Below are positions 11,935 through 28,801 of a stretch of DNA of 64,000 nt, piece after piece. The DNA is from Utricularia gibba (lineage: Eukaryota; Plantae; Magnoliophyta), in the NCBI GenBank assembly GCA_002189035.1, contig CM007989.1:6200001-6264000 (forward strand), given 5' to 3'. Below the pieces are notes generated by a model. The model made no database searches, was not told the origin of the DNA, and saw only the letters and a list, made by a program, of their open reading frames with translations. The translations under genes were made by a program, and so were the position numbers. Position 1 is the stretch's first letter. The number at the start of each line of letters is the position of its first letter.

Positions 11935-14881
11935 ATGGCCCTTGTGCCGCCGTTTTCGTATCTGCTTTCTCGTTCGCGGCACCTCCCTTTCATGAAGGAT
12001 TCATTTTTTTCACCCAGATTTCCGATTGCCCTTCGCAAAGGTTTCTCCCTTTTCTTCCGCAGTTCCTGCGTACCTGCTGACAGTCGTCGACAGTTTACTG
12101 CTGAAGCTGCTAAAGGTTGGGATTTTCCAGTGTATTTGAATTCATGTTTTAAATGCTTTATGAATTGCATAGGGTTTTCGGGAAGAAGTAAAGCGGATTA
12201 GGGCGAATCTAGTTGGGATTTTCTTGGTTTTTTGAACCTAGGTTAGCTTTGTCTTTCTAAAAAATGTTATGGGACTAATAACATGATGTTTGTATAATTG
12301 CTTTACACAGTAGAAACCAACTTGATCCTTAAGAAAGATGAAAGGTTTGGGAGTAGAGAAGAAACAAAGCAAGTTATGAGTTCCAGTACAATCGCTGCTA
12401 TTGTGACTTCAGTTGGTGGCCCGCCTGGTGCAGTTGGGATTGTACGTTTATCAGGTCCCTCTGCTGTGTTGATTGCACAGGGCGTTTTCCGGCCAATTTC
12501 TAGGAAGAGGAGAAACAAATCTGGCTGGTCTCCAATTAGCCATGTTGTCGAGTATGGTGTCGTCTTTGATTCTCAAGGCAATGCCATTGATGAGGTAATG
12601 CTTTTCCAACGCTTCTTTTCTATTTTACTTGTAACTCAGAAAAAACGTATCTATGGACGTAGATGAGCCCAGGAGTGCCATTTATAGTCAAGATTTTAAG
12701 ATGGTAATATGTTTGCTATCCATTTTGAAAAAAATAAAATCTCCAAGATTGAAACATAGAAGAAAATTAAGTGGCTGTTAAGGTTACCCTTATAAATATT
12801 ATCTAATGAAGGCTATCGTATATGTCGCTCTTGGTTACTGCTATAGAAGTGTTATATGTGGAAATGTTCATATTTGGAGTCACCTAAAGTGTTGCAGCGG
12901 GTTGGCTATGCCATTTTACTAGGTCTTGGCAGTTCCTATGTTGGCACCTAAGTCTTATACCCGAGAAGATGTTGTTGAGCTTCAGTGTCATGGAAGTGAA
13001 GTGTGCATGCGCCGGGTGTTACAGGCTTGTCTCGAAGCTGGTGCTAGACTTGCAGAACCAGGTTGCTAATTTCTAGTGTTGGATTGTAATTCAGTAATGA
13101 AATCAGCTTAGATACATCTTTATGTGGTGTGGTTCATATGGCCGACCTCCTCAGTGCTGGAAAAAAATCTATAACTTTGCTGTTGAAGTACATAATCAAT
13201 AGGGATTTTCAATGTTTTATTTTTTACATGAGCTTTCAAAGATAGTTTTTCTACTAATTTCTGGTTTCCACATCCTCCACGTTCTCTTTCTTGTAATGAT
13301 GTAGTTGTAGCATTTGGACGGCTTTCGTTGGAGTTTTAGTTGTCAAATTTTTGTCTCACAGGTGAATTTACTTTGAGAGCGTTTCTAAACGGACGCTTAG
13401 ATCTTTCCCAAGCCGAGAGTGTCGCAAGCCTGATATCATCAAAGTCCGCAAGCGCAGCTGATGCTGCATTGGCGGGAATTCAGGTTATCTTTCTGGCTCT
13501 CTATTCCAAGAAACTTTCCTGCGTCTGAATCATGCTTTGTGGAACATTTCATCACATTGCAGGGTGGCTTTTCTTCGATGGTTAAATCTTTAAGAGCTCG
13601 ATGCATTGAGTTACTCACGGAGATTGAAGCTCGTCTGGATTTTGATGATGAGATGCCACCTCTTGATGAAAAATCAGTTTCCAATATGATACGTGGGATG
13701 TTGGTAGAAGTTGACGATGCCTTAAGAACTGCCAATTACGACAAGCTTCTGCAGTCTGGATTGCAGGTAGAGCTCCAGTAATATGAACTTTTCTAGTCAT
13801 CCTCAAGCTGTAATTGAACTACGACGCTTCTTCTCTTCTTACTTGCTGTAGGTAGCAATTGTTGGGAGACCGAATGTGGGGAAATCAAGCCTTTTGAATG
13901 CATGGAGCAAGGCATGCTCCAGAATCCTTTCTCTATTTATCTGATACCCTGCTCTAAAATTTGGTTGAATATGTGTGGATTTAGCATGCAGAGTGAGAGA
14001 GCGATCGTCACCGATATTGCTGGCACAACTCGTGATGTTGTAGAAGCCAATGTAACTGTTTCCGGGATTCCGATCACTCTTCTCGACACAGCTGGTATTC
14101 GGGACACTGACGACACTGTCGAAAAGCTTGGTAACACAGATGCTGCATTTTAGTTTTGAGCTATGCGTTTCTTCAATACCCTGTTCTGAATCTGCTGCTG
14201 TAGGGGTGGAAAGGTCGGAAGCGGTTGCCTCAGGAGCTGATGTTATACTTTTGACAGTGAGTGGAGCTGAGGGATGGACTCCTGAGGACGATGAGCTTCT
14301 TGCGAGATTAAAAAGCAACAAGGTTTCTGTCAAACACTTTTGCTAGCCAAGTTTTTTGCACGATTAGCTCGTTGATGCAAGAACCGCAGGTTGCCGGATC
14401 TCCATCAGATGCTCCGATGATTCTCGTGGTGAACAAAATGGATCAAATCTCATCCTGCGAATGGCTGGAGAAAGTCTCGGAATCTTTCAGCAAGCATATT
14501 CTGACCTGTGCTGTGACAGGGGAAGGGATTTCCGATCTCGAATCCTCCTTGGTTGAGATCACGGGCCTCGATCATATCCGCTCCGGTGGGCGCAGATGGA
14601 CGGTCAATCAGGTAAGCATCGTTGCCGATGCAGCAGTTTTGGTTTGTGACAACGCCTACCTGAATGAGCTCGTTTGTGAGTTTCAGAGGCAGTTTGAGCA
14701 GCTTGTCCGAGCCAGGGAAGCGTTGGTGAGGCTGGAGTCATCCGTCCAGGAAGAGATGCCGATCGACTTCTGGACCATCGATCTTAGAGAGGCTGCTCTG
14801 GCCCTTGGCCGGATCACCGGCGACGATATCTCCGATGAAGTACTCTCCAATATCTTTGGCAAATTCTGCATTGGAAAATAG
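11935..14881 (+). CDS. mnmE: tRNA modification GTPase MnmE/TrmE, organelle-targeted, 10 exons
   Basis: Exons 11935-12115, 12311-12594, 12923-13061, 13362-13483, 13563-13766, 13852-13911, 13992-14130, 14204-14322, 14390-14611, 14687-14881. [28 protein letters not shown]1 GRPNVGKS, G2 GTTRD, G3 DTAG, G4 NKMD, terminal FCIGK; Ser/Arg/Phe-rich transit-peptide-like N-terminus. Confidence 0.96.
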
Positions 14882-15441
14882 CGTATTTTCAAAATAATTA
14901 TTAGTTATATTAGTTATATTATTTAAAAATATTGATTGTTGAGTATTTTATAGAAAATTTTAGAATTTAATTTAGACAAAATACTGATTTATTTACTTGT
15001 AAATATTTTATATATAATATTATGAAGTTATTTACCAAGTAATTTTTTTAAAAAAATAATATTTCAGAATCTTTTAAAAAACATACTTTGATCAATTCTA
15101 ATTTTTATTTTAAATATTATATGCTTCTTTTTGAATTGCACTGAAATATCTCTCTCTCATTCAACTTTTGATTTTAAAAAAATTGCAATATGATTTATTA
15201 CAAACCATTGCAATTTGCATTCATCATGAGAATCCGTCTCTCTCATTGTATGACATTTTTCATTGTGTGCTAGGATTGAAAAACTATATAGTGATTTGTA
15301 TTTCAGGTTTATTGAGAAAGTCAGAATATTTTACATAAGAAAAATCATAATATCATAATAAGGTTATTCTTAAAATAAAACAAACAAACTATTATCTTCT
15401 TCTTCAAGATTATCTCCATCTACTCTAAATTCCTCATCATT

Positions 15442-15620
15442 ATGGATGCAACTTCATCTACACCTATCTCAAAGTTTGATGGATCAAACTATACTATTTG
15501 AGTTCTTCATATGAAAGCATATTTAGAAGCCACAATGTTGTAGTATGTTGTTGAAAATCATCCTCTTCTTATAGAGTTTGCTACATATATTACATTAGCT
15601 AAAAATTCATATGAATAACA
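15442..15620 (+). mobile_element. Copia gag N-terminal relic
   Basis: Translates MDATSSTPISKFDGSNYTI*VLHMKAYLEATML*YVVE, resembling the copia gag FDGxNYxxWxxxMxxYLxAxxLWxxVE start, with Trp codons turned into stops. Confidence 0.5.
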
Positions 15621-16968
15621 TTTAATTCAAAAAGAAATAATCAAATTATTATTATTTTTGGTCTTGATTGCACAATCACCTCTGGCGTAATGACCCAAAC
15701 CTAAAAACATATATGGAGAAAAATTATAGTTATAATTTGAATAAGATGATCTATTGAAAGAATTGAGGATAAAGAAAATAAAGCATACGTGAGTTCCTTA
15801 GAATGTTTCCAAATAAAAAATAAAGCAATGTATGAATTGATAAATGAAAATTCTTAAGTCACGATAAGAATTAACACTTTAGTATAAAATAAATTTAAAA
15901 AGCTCTAATTCACATACAATACAAATAGAACATAAGATATACAATAAGTTTTGAGTTTCAACACAAAGAGTTAATACTTGTGATGTGAAATAGGTGGTTT
16001 CATATTTTATTTCCATGAGAAATAGACAAAATAATGTATGATTTAGAGGAATAAATAACTCAAATTCAACTTTTGATTTCTATTGATGCTGTGTTTTTTT
16101 TTTTTTTTTGGGTGGTTTTATATTTTATTTCAAGGAGAAAAAGATAAAACAATGTATGGTTTTGAGGAATAGATAACTCGAATTCAACGTTTGTTTGTAT
16201 GTAGGCAAAATTTGAAATAACCCAATTTTGATTTAGTTGGATATCAATGTGTGAAGAATTTCAGTGAATTTGGTTGAGTATGATATGGAGAAATTGTGAA
16301 ATGAGTATTGAGATTTTGTATGAGTGATATGGAAGAAAATATGGTATAAAATGTTTTTGCTCACTATTTCATATTACAAATTGGTCTATATTTATATATT
16401 TGGATTGTATATATTGCATATGACTCTACTTCACTGCACTTCTTCATGCATATTACCAAACTTTGATAGATTAAATATAACAAACAATAGAAATCAGTTA
16501 TGTTATTACAGATTAAATGCACAATTTTTACCAAATAGTTAGAATTAGTATTTCCATTAAGGCAAACATGAGGGATTTTTTTATGTAAGTCCCGTTACTA
16601 TTTTGCATTTTGAAGAAAAGGTAGGTATTTTGGAGAACAGATCATTATAAAAGTGCAAAAGTTACAAAAGTTAGCACTTTACACCAAATCACCATTAAAA
16701 TAATTAAATAACCAAAATACTTTTTTCATAATAAATTTGAAATTTGGCATTTCACTGAAAAATAAACACTAAATATTAAATTCTAAGATATATTTACAAG
16801 TTTGGTACGGGGGTTCGTTTTCGGCGATCATTTGCAAATCCGCTGGATCTTGGCCATCTCACTGCTCAACTCCCGACTCTCCAAGGCGGCAAACTTGTTG
16901 TTTAGAATCTGTTAAATCTGTAAATTCCCTGGCGTAGAGGCACCAGAAAAACCGCTTTTTGTTAGGAG

Positions 16969-19989
<3,021 letters not shown>

Positions 19990-20320
19990 TTGATGTTTTG
20001 TCATTCTGTTTCCCTCACACACAATGCTAACAACAAAAAGTCAAATGATCTTGCTATTTCTCATGTGCATATACTTCTTACTTAGTTGTTGATTGGATGC
20101 GTTTTATGTTGTAAGCCACCGTGTCAATGCAGTAATGCATCGCTATTGTTAAGGATCTGGTCATGAATTGGAACGGGTGCCCCCAATTTTCGGTTCTGTT
20201 TGTCCATTCAAACTAACAAAACTGCCGGATCTTGATCTGAATTGGAGCAACAACTCGGAGTTTTCTTTCTCCAAAACAGCACCATCACTGCTTTTCTCTC
20301 CTTCCACTTTTATGCATAGC

Positions 20321-21807
20321 ATGTCATTTCGAAAGCGAACATTGCTGAAGGTCATCATCCTTGGAGATAGTGGGTTTGAAGCTATGTTTCGTCTATTCTC
20401 TAACGATTTCTTCATTATCCATAGATTGAACATTTATTTTGTTGACTGTTTGTTATCGTTTCAGGGTGGGTAAAACATCCCTTATGAACCAGTATCCTTG
20501 ATATCAGACCTTGTTTCCCTTTTCATGGTTATGTTAATGGGATTATTGTGATTCTTAAGCAAATATGTGAGAATCTGTCTTAACTGGGTAAATGGATATG
20601 TGACTAAGAAATTCAGTCAGCAGTACAAGGCTACAATAGGAGCTGATTTTGTAACCAAGGAACTTTGTATAGATGATCGCCTCGTAACCCTTCAGGTGGG
20701 TTGCTTCCTCATATTTCTTCTTTTTCATTGCTAGCTGGTACCTCATTTGTCTGTGTAATGCGTAGATTCCACCACACTGTATACAACAAAGTATTTTCTA
20801 AACGCTTGCTTGTTTCTGCTCTTGTTTTTCGTTACAGTGTTTCTTGTTTTCGGAGTAATCTATTCGATTTCATGCCTTTTGTCATCACAGATTTGGGACA
20901 CTGCTGGACAGGAGAGGTTCCAATGCCTGGGAGTTGCATTCTACCGCGGTGCTGATTGCTGTGTTTTGGTTTATGATGTGAACTCATCCAGATCATTTGA
21001 GTCTCTGGACAACTGGCATGAGGAGTTCATTAAGCAGGTAGCTCTTAGTTTATAACAATGACTAAGTAAATGAGTTGAATACATTTTCTGTAATGCGAGT
21101 CACTCATATCGAAAACTCAACGTACACCGGTCCGTTGAGGCTTGAATTCTATCAGCCTCGTCTACAGACTCCCCATTGCCTGATGTGTTCCCAAACTTGG
21201 CAGGCTAATCCGTATGATGCAAAGAAGTTTCCGTTCATCTTGATGGGAAACAAGGTTGATGTGGATAGTGGTAACAGCAGAGTGGTGAGTCTCCATGCTC
21301 TGTTATTCTGGACTGTGATTTCGTTCCTCATTGGATTCCTACCGGAGATTCAGGTCACGGCGGAGGGAGCCAGGGAATGGTGTGCATCAAAAGGGGGCAA
21401 CATGCCATACTTTGAAACATCAGCTAAAGAGGATTACAATGTGGATGCTGCATTTTTAGGTGTGGCAACCACCACCTTAGCCAGTGATCGCCAACATGAT
21501 ACGTGAGTCGAACATCCTGCTATGATCCCATTCGTCCTTCCGACTCCCTAAACTCGACATGCATCCTACAGAGAATATCACACACATTAGTGGCAAACAC
21601 AGAGTTTGCTTCATTGGATGTTATAGCGTTTTCCATAGCCATCATGCTTGCTGATTTCTGTTGTGATCATTTATACTGCTAGGTTGGGTTTACTGTGTTG
21701 CTCCACTCATTGATTTTTTCGACTGGCATGACAGATACTTTCAAACTGTGCCGGAGGTGCTAATTCCGGTGGAGCCAGAGGGAGGAGGTGGTGGCTGCGT
21801 GTGCTAA
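20321..21807 (+). CDS. RABG3: Rab7-family small GTPase (RabG3a/b clade), 7 exons
   Basis: Exons 20321-20373, 20465-20491, 20596-20695, 20891-21037, 21204-21284, 21354-21502, 21735-21807. [36 protein letters not shown]-terminal CVC prenylation motif. Confidence 0.96.
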
Positions 21808-23457
21808 TGCGGTGACAACTGCTGATCAAAGTAATACAATAATATTCCGTATATTACATTCCAAGCTTATGTAATCATTTAATATCATAAGTGGTTTGAA
21901 GTTATTGGTTTGGGTTCAGGATGCGTTTGCCAAAAAAAAAAAAAAAGGAAAAGGTTTTGCTAAATAAATCACTAATTTAAAAAGTATTGGATGAATATAT
22001 TTTTTTTTTAAAAAAAGGTTTATGGTTGATTGCCAGAAGCTCTAAACATATTTGATCAATACCATTGTTTTCCATTTTTATGGGGCAAATGAATCTGTAG
22101 TCTTGTTGTCTCATATTATATGATATGATAAGTCATGTTTCTCAACTTATTATTATTGTAATTCAATGTGCACAGTTTTTAGTTTTCAAAAAATATTCCA
22201 TCATATATACATTGGAAAAATTACCAATCATATCACATTTTTTTCTTTATTTACGATTTGAGACATTAATATTTCATAATTTCAAAATTAGTCCTAAGTA
22301 TTTAATTAGTTGTGAAATATAATATTATTGTTTACAAAACATTCATAGATTTTAGTTCGTAATGATAATTCATAGTTAATCCATGTGCCTCTCTTTCAAT
22401 TACCACGAAAATCAATGTAGAACCCTAACCGTCTGGGGAGGTGTAGAATATGGATTGAGATTTGACTTTGATCATGTTAAGATCATGTAACAAGTTATAT
22501 CTGCTTTCTCTAATAAATATTTTTCATTTTCTACAATTCGATTGGTGTTTAATTACTTCAACTCTTTTTCCATTTTATTCATGAATCATCGCGATTGAAG
22601 TTAAAATCTTAAAGATCCATCACGATTGAATCTTGATGCCAATGCAGACAATTAGGATTCATGATTGATTTTTGTAGTAATTAAAAGAGGGACACATGAG
22701 TTAACTATGAATTATCGTTATAAACTAAAATTTACAAGTATTTTATAAATAATAATATTATATTTAGTAACTAACTAAATATCTAGAGAATTTTGAAATT
22801 ATAAAACAATAATATTTAAAATTACAAATGAAGAAAACAAATGTGTCATGTTTGTCAATTTTCCATGTACATATCGCATCTTTAATAATTACAATTGATG
22901 GTTCACCTTACATCCATTTCATGTTTTTGGTCACTATCAATGTTATGTGAGATATTTTTTATTCTTTTTATCCAATAGTTGAATATTGCATAATTTATTA
23001 ATAAGAAATATTAATAAAAGAATATAAAAAATACATTTTTTTTTATCACCTCATAGTGATATTAAGCAAACAAAAAAATGAAAATGAGGTATTCAACGAG
23101 TATTTAACAAAATCTTTTTTTGCAATGTAATATTTTGAAAAATCTTTTAATTCTAAAAATACGTAGCGAATATCACCAAATCTAGTCTCTTAGTGTTGAT
23201 GTAATTTGTTTGTTGCATGAATGTGGTTGAACCAATTAGTTGATAAATAATTATCCATTTCAAAATTTCCCACCACGACACATGGAATCGACCCTTCGGC
23301 TACTACCTCTCCACGTGGAAGCGTACTGGCCGCGTGTGTTCTGTGGACGACACTCTAACAGCAAAAACGGTCTTTTCTTTCTGGATTCGGTGCGAGCGAG
23401 CGGATGAGTGCTTCTTCTGTCTACGTACGAATCAATATTTCAGTTGTACCACTCGCG

Positions 23458-25354
23458 ATGTTCCTCATCAAGGTACCCTTCTCGTTTCTGCCTCCATTCA
23501 TTCTCTCTCTGTTACTGCCTCCATTGGTTTTATGTGATTTCTGCGGAATCCATCTCAGACATGGAGAGCACTGTCGTTTGGACTTTACGGGTACAAAAAT
23601 TTCACCAAATCTGGGTTCCTGTGAGTCTCATTTGTGTCTATTGTGCATTCACCCCTTCAAGAGATTATGCCCTAAAAACGGCATTTTGATGGTTACTTGT
23701 CGATGATAGGGAGCATTCGAAGAGTTTCAATTCCGAAGATATGCAACACAGAATTGAAGGAAAGAACTGCATTGTCACTGGGGCGAACTCTGGTATTGGT
23801 TATGCTACAGCTAGAGGATTAGCATCACGGTAATTTGCTTTTTACTTGGTAATTTGGTGGGTAGTGGTGAGTGGTCTAACATAGCAAGAATCGCAGTGGG
23901 GCAACGGTTTATATGGTTTGTCGAAATAAGGACAGGGGGGAAACCGCTGTTTCAGAAATTCAGTCTGAAACGGGGAATAATAACGTTTACTTGGAGGTAT
24001 TGAAGTTCCTGCTGTAAATTCTGAGCTTTTTGTTATTTGATTCTTGTTTTCGGTTTTAAACCAGGATTCGCTTCTTTTCTTTCAGCTTTGTGATATATCT
24101 TCCGTGGCTGATGTCAAGTCCTTCGCTTCGAGATTGTCTGAGAAGAATGTACCTATTCATATTCTGGTAGTACATTTTTCACACCTTTTTTTTCTTGTTA
24201 GGGAAATAAGTCTACCCTCCTTTTCTGCTGAAGGCTTAAGAAGAGCGGGTAGGTGGCTTAAGTTGACGGGATATATCCGCAGTTGAGATTAGCATGAAAT
24301 TAACTTGGTTTGTGGGTGGGGAACTGGGCAATCCCTCTGATAACACTCGCTGCATTCTTGAACTGACATCCTAAGTTGATCATATTTTTGTATCTGCACT
24401 GAAGTCTTATGATCCTTTTTTGGGTTCAAGGTAAATAATGCTGGTCTTCTCGAGAATAAGCGTGTCATGACCTCAGAAGGGTGTGCAGTCTTTTTTCCTC
24501 TTTCAAATTTACAAGTCGTTCCTACATTATTGTGATTTGCCAACAGATTTCCTCTATTCCCTACGACCAGGTACGAACTCAACTTCGCAGTAAATGTTCT
24601 CGGTACTTTTGCCATGACTGAGCTGATTCTGCCGTTGATGGAGAAGGCTGCACCAGATGCCCGTGTCATCACTGTATCCTCCGGTGGAATGTATACTTCT
24701 CCTTTAACGGAAGATCTACAGGCAAGCCTTCATTCTTCGGAAGAATCGTTCCAAACCTCCCAAGTCGTTGCTGATCAACTGATTTATCCAACTCTGTCTC
24801 GTACCATGCTTGTTTTGCAGTTTAGTGGCCAGAAATTTGATGGAGTTCAGCAGTATGCTCGCAACAAGCGAGTGCAGGTAACCAGCTCCCTCTTCATTAC
24901 CCATCGACCATGGCCTCTGTTCATAGTCGAGATCCTCTCAGGTGGCCTTGACTGAGAAATGGGCAGACACGTACAAAGACAAAGGCATTGGCTTCTACTC
25001 CATGCACCCCGGATGGGCTGAGACGCCCGGCGTTTCCAACAGCTTGCCGGGCTTTTCTAAATCGTGATGCTCTTCTCTTTCTTCCCACTTTGTTTTCGTC
25101 CAAAGGACTCCCGAATCGTGATCAAACTTACCACCGAGTTTCGCAGGCTTTCAGGAAAACTCAGAAGCAGCGATGAAGGTGCTGATACAGTAATTTGGTT
25201 GGCTCTACAACCCAAGCAGAAGCTTGTTTCCGGCGAGTTCTACTTTGATCGAGCAGAAGCTTCTAAGCATTTGGCATTTGCTGCCACGCAGGGCTCCCAC
25301 GTGGCTATAGACTCCATTCTCAGCCAGCTCCGAACAATGTCAGGCCTCTTGTAG
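23458..25354 (+). CDS. DHRS12: Short-chain dehydrogenase/reductase, DHRS12-like
   Basis: MFLIK/TWRALSFGLYGYKNFTK, TGANSGIG cofactor motif, VNNAG, VITVSSGG, catalytic YARNK, MHPGWAETPG; multi-exon with GT-AG junctions. Confidence 0.9.
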
Positions 25355-26028
25355 ATGCCAACATGTTACTTCCTCCGTCGTATAAATAAGCATACAACAA
25401 AAACCAGTTAATATCTTTTTGCTTCGATGTGCACTTCCACTGAACCAGAAGCCATGAAATTAAAAAGAAGAAACGCTGCAATGCTCTTGAGTCTTTTGAT
25501 GTGAAGCAGATGTGCATTTGTATTAAGAAAACAATAAACTTTATTATTTTTTACAAATTTTATTAGAAAACTCGTTTCTAATAAAATTTATCGCTATTGA
25601 TTTTAATTTCTCTTTGTTATTTTTCAAAAATTTACAAGGTGGTTTTCGCAATTATCGTATACTAATTTCTATTTTTACAAAAAAGTATAAATTATTCGTT
25701 TAGAAATATAAAAATAGTGCTTCCTGTCTCGTGAATCTTTGCACCCAGCACCATTTTCTTAAAATTTTTGAATTAAAAAAGATTATATTTTTTTAGAATT
25801 TCAATAGAATTCCTTCCTTATTTTTTTTACAGAATTGAGTCTTTAATTGGGTTTTATAACAATTTTTTTATTTATTCTATATTTGCTCTCTATTTATACC
25901 AAAAGTAAGAATAAGAAAAGTGAAAAATATTCGAGAAAAAAGAAGAAGTACATGAAAATGACAAGAAGCATTTATTGTAATTATTTTATTTTTAAAGTAA
26001 ATAATTAAATTTACTAATACCGCCTAAC

Positions 26029-26508
26029 TAGAGCTTATCACGAATCCAACCCATTGGGTTACGAGTTGAACCCGTTGGATCGAAAATTAATTTCGTGACT
26101 CGGTGAGTACGGGTCAACAAGTCATAAAGTCCGACCCGTCTCAGGGCATGGGTTGACTCGTAACATAGTAAATTGAAATAATTTGATGTCTAGGCACTGC
26201 AATTACACGTTTGCAGTGTTTGGGAGAGGCACTAAAGCCATTTGATGTTTAGGCATTGTAATGATACATTTTAGGTACTTAAAATAAGTATTGAAACTTT
26301 TTGATGTCCAAATACTACAATTATATATTTGTGGTGCTTGGAAGAGTACACCAATCCAAACTTATTGATCCTCGAGTCGACCCATACCTGTGCACCTCCA
26401 ACCCGTCCCATACCCATACCCATTTTGAACGGTTATGGATAACGAGTGGGACCCGTCACAGATCAACCACTAGATATTTGGGTCAAACTGTATTCGTGCC
26501 CAGCTCTA
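26029..26508. mobile_element. Non-autonomous hAT-type MITE (480 bp)
   Basis: TIRs TAGAGCTTATCACGAAT and (rc) TAGAGCTGGGCACGAAT, 14/17 match; 8-bp flanks CGCCTAAC (26021-26028) and CGCCTACC (26509-26516); subterminal ACCC/GACCC motifs. Confidence 0.8.
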
Positions 26509-27272
26509 CGCCTACCAAATAAAAAGACTCCCATTGATTACTAAGCACACAAAGTCCTAAATGTGTACGTCGGATATTAAATAAATAGCGTTTAATTTAG
26601 ATGTTGTTTAAAAATGCAATAATTTTTTGATAAAATAAATTAATATAAATTTTTATAATTCCATTAAAATGTAAATTTTATATTACTTTAACATGTATTT
26701 ATTATTATATAATAGTTAGAATTTAATTAAAATGTGGTATTTTACAAATGAAAATGAAAGTTACAGCATTACACAAACATAAAAAAAAACTTATATTATT
26801 TCATATATCAAAATATATAATGTGTGGTATTTCATTCATTCCCCCATTTGTCTTCTTCTTGAAAATTTATAGTAGATATGGTGTTTGAAGTTGGAAGATG
26901 CACCATTGACCATTCTTTCGAGCTACATTGCCAGCTTTCTTAGGAGAATCGAAAGCTTACTAGTATTGCCTCCTGAGAAATGTCCCTGGATCTGCTACTT
27001 TCATGGGTTTCTGCAAAAATTCTAAGTATATGCCATGAATGATATCACATTGTTCCAGATAAAGAGAGATGTCTCAAAATGATACAAATTATGTAGTTCA
27101 AAATGCCCGATCTCTCAAAAACTGATGGAGCCTAGAGAGAGCTCACAAAACAATGTGTACAGAAATGCAGGAACTTGTGTTGGTAACTGGTGTGAAGTCC
27201 CCAAGCAGTCAGGTCACAGGGACAATCTGTATCAGCTGTAACTTTAATTTCTATATGAACTCAATACTGGAA

Positions 27273-28801
27273 CTAAACCTTTTCATCAGCTTCCTCAGAG
27301 GATGTAACATGCTTTTGCAGACTGCGCCATTCCTTGCCACCCGGTTTTGCTGAGGCATTGCCGTACCATATCATTCCAATGACAGCAATGATCATACCAA
27401 GGACTACTTGTAGATTTAGTCCTTCTTTTCCGAAAAATATGAATCCCAGAACCAAAACTAGGATGGTCTTCATATGGCCAAGGACTTGAAACGAAACTGC
27501 TGTGAATCTTCCAATACAAATGAACTGGCTGAGGTTGGTTCCCACTGCTATGGTGCACGAAAGTATGATGAACGCCTGGAAAAATCAGTTTCAAGAGCAA
27601 TTAGTTATAACTAGGAAAGGGTTCACTGAAATTTGATTGCCTAAAGGAACCAGAGGAGAATATTGAGTGTTCATGTGTGATCTTGCTGACCGAGAACTTG
27701 TAAACGCAAATCAGATGATGCAACGTCACTTACTGTGGATGGGAAATTGAAGCTGTATGCGTCTACTCTCTTCTTCGTCAACCAGTAATCCAGAAAGGGG
27801 CCAACTAATATTAAGGATGCAGCTTGGGCTGGTGCGGTGTGCCCCAGTAGATTGAAGGAAGTTAAGGAGTACTTTCTTTGAAGAAAATGAACATACTGCA
27901 AAATGAAAATGAAGATAAATACTGAGGACATGGTCTAGGGCAAATGGCATAATCCACATATGAGAGAAGGAAGATACAATACAGTTACATACTACATCAC
28001 TAACTGTAAAAACACATTTTTCCCCTAAACAGTTCACCATACATGAAGAAACTGAAATGGTATCTTAAACAGAGATATCGCCCAGAACTTACATACTGCT
28101 GCATTGATGTGCTCCAAACAGCAATGAAGGCTGCAACGAAACCCTTAGTGTTAACACTGACATCAGTGACTGTGCACACACCAACTCCTAGGAGAACAAC
28201 TAAGATGCTAAGCTTTGTATCCCTCGAATATCGTATGTTGTCGAACATCATTTCCAATACACATGATACTGGGATCATGCTAAGCTTCGCAATCTGATAG
28301 GTTACAGCAAACAAACAATAGCCATCAGTAACAGATGTGCAAGTTAAAGTATACCTTTGTCACTTTTCCATTTTTTCCTGTCATGCATTTAGAATAGGAA
28401 AATGCATCGATAACTTACCTGGTAAAATCCTACAGAGTTCCACATCAAGCTAACATTCATCCCAACTATTGAAAAATTTGCAAATAGTACAAATTTTAGG
28501 AGCTCAGACAACGACAAATGTGATCCCTGGATGTAACCCAAACACTTCAAAACACCGGTCATGAGTGTTGTCATGGAGAAATGCAGGCCAGTTAATGTCG
28601 TAGCTGCGCAACAGATACATGTCATGAACCAAGATAATGGATCCGAATCCATGCACTCTACAAAAACTTACCAAACCGAAATCCATACGTAGACATCAAT
28701 GCCTTGTTAACAAGGATAATTCCAACTGAAGTTACTACATTAAACAGCCATGCTGCTATATCAACAGCAGCTTTGTTTTCAGCTTTGCTTGATGGTGGCA
28801 T
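27273..28801 (-). CDS. URGT: UDP-rhamnose/UDP-galactose transporter (URGT5/6-like, nucleotide-sugar transporter)
   Basis: [84 protein letters not shown]; 5' UTR intron at 28898-29227. Confidence 0.92.

Noticed and set aside
11935-14881. Bacterial-type mnmE as possible horizontal transfer
   Set aside because: Nine spliceosomal introns and a transit-peptide-like N-terminus mark it as the ordinary nuclear-encoded organellar gene.
20168-20320. In-frame N-terminal extension of Rab7 in the ORF track
   Set aside because: It starts at a TTG, has UTR-like composition and no support; the ATG at 20321 matches the family start.
22425-22700. GGGGAGG followed by TGTAGAA as a PPT/LTR start
   Set aside because: No matching end, PBS or coding remnant found nearby.
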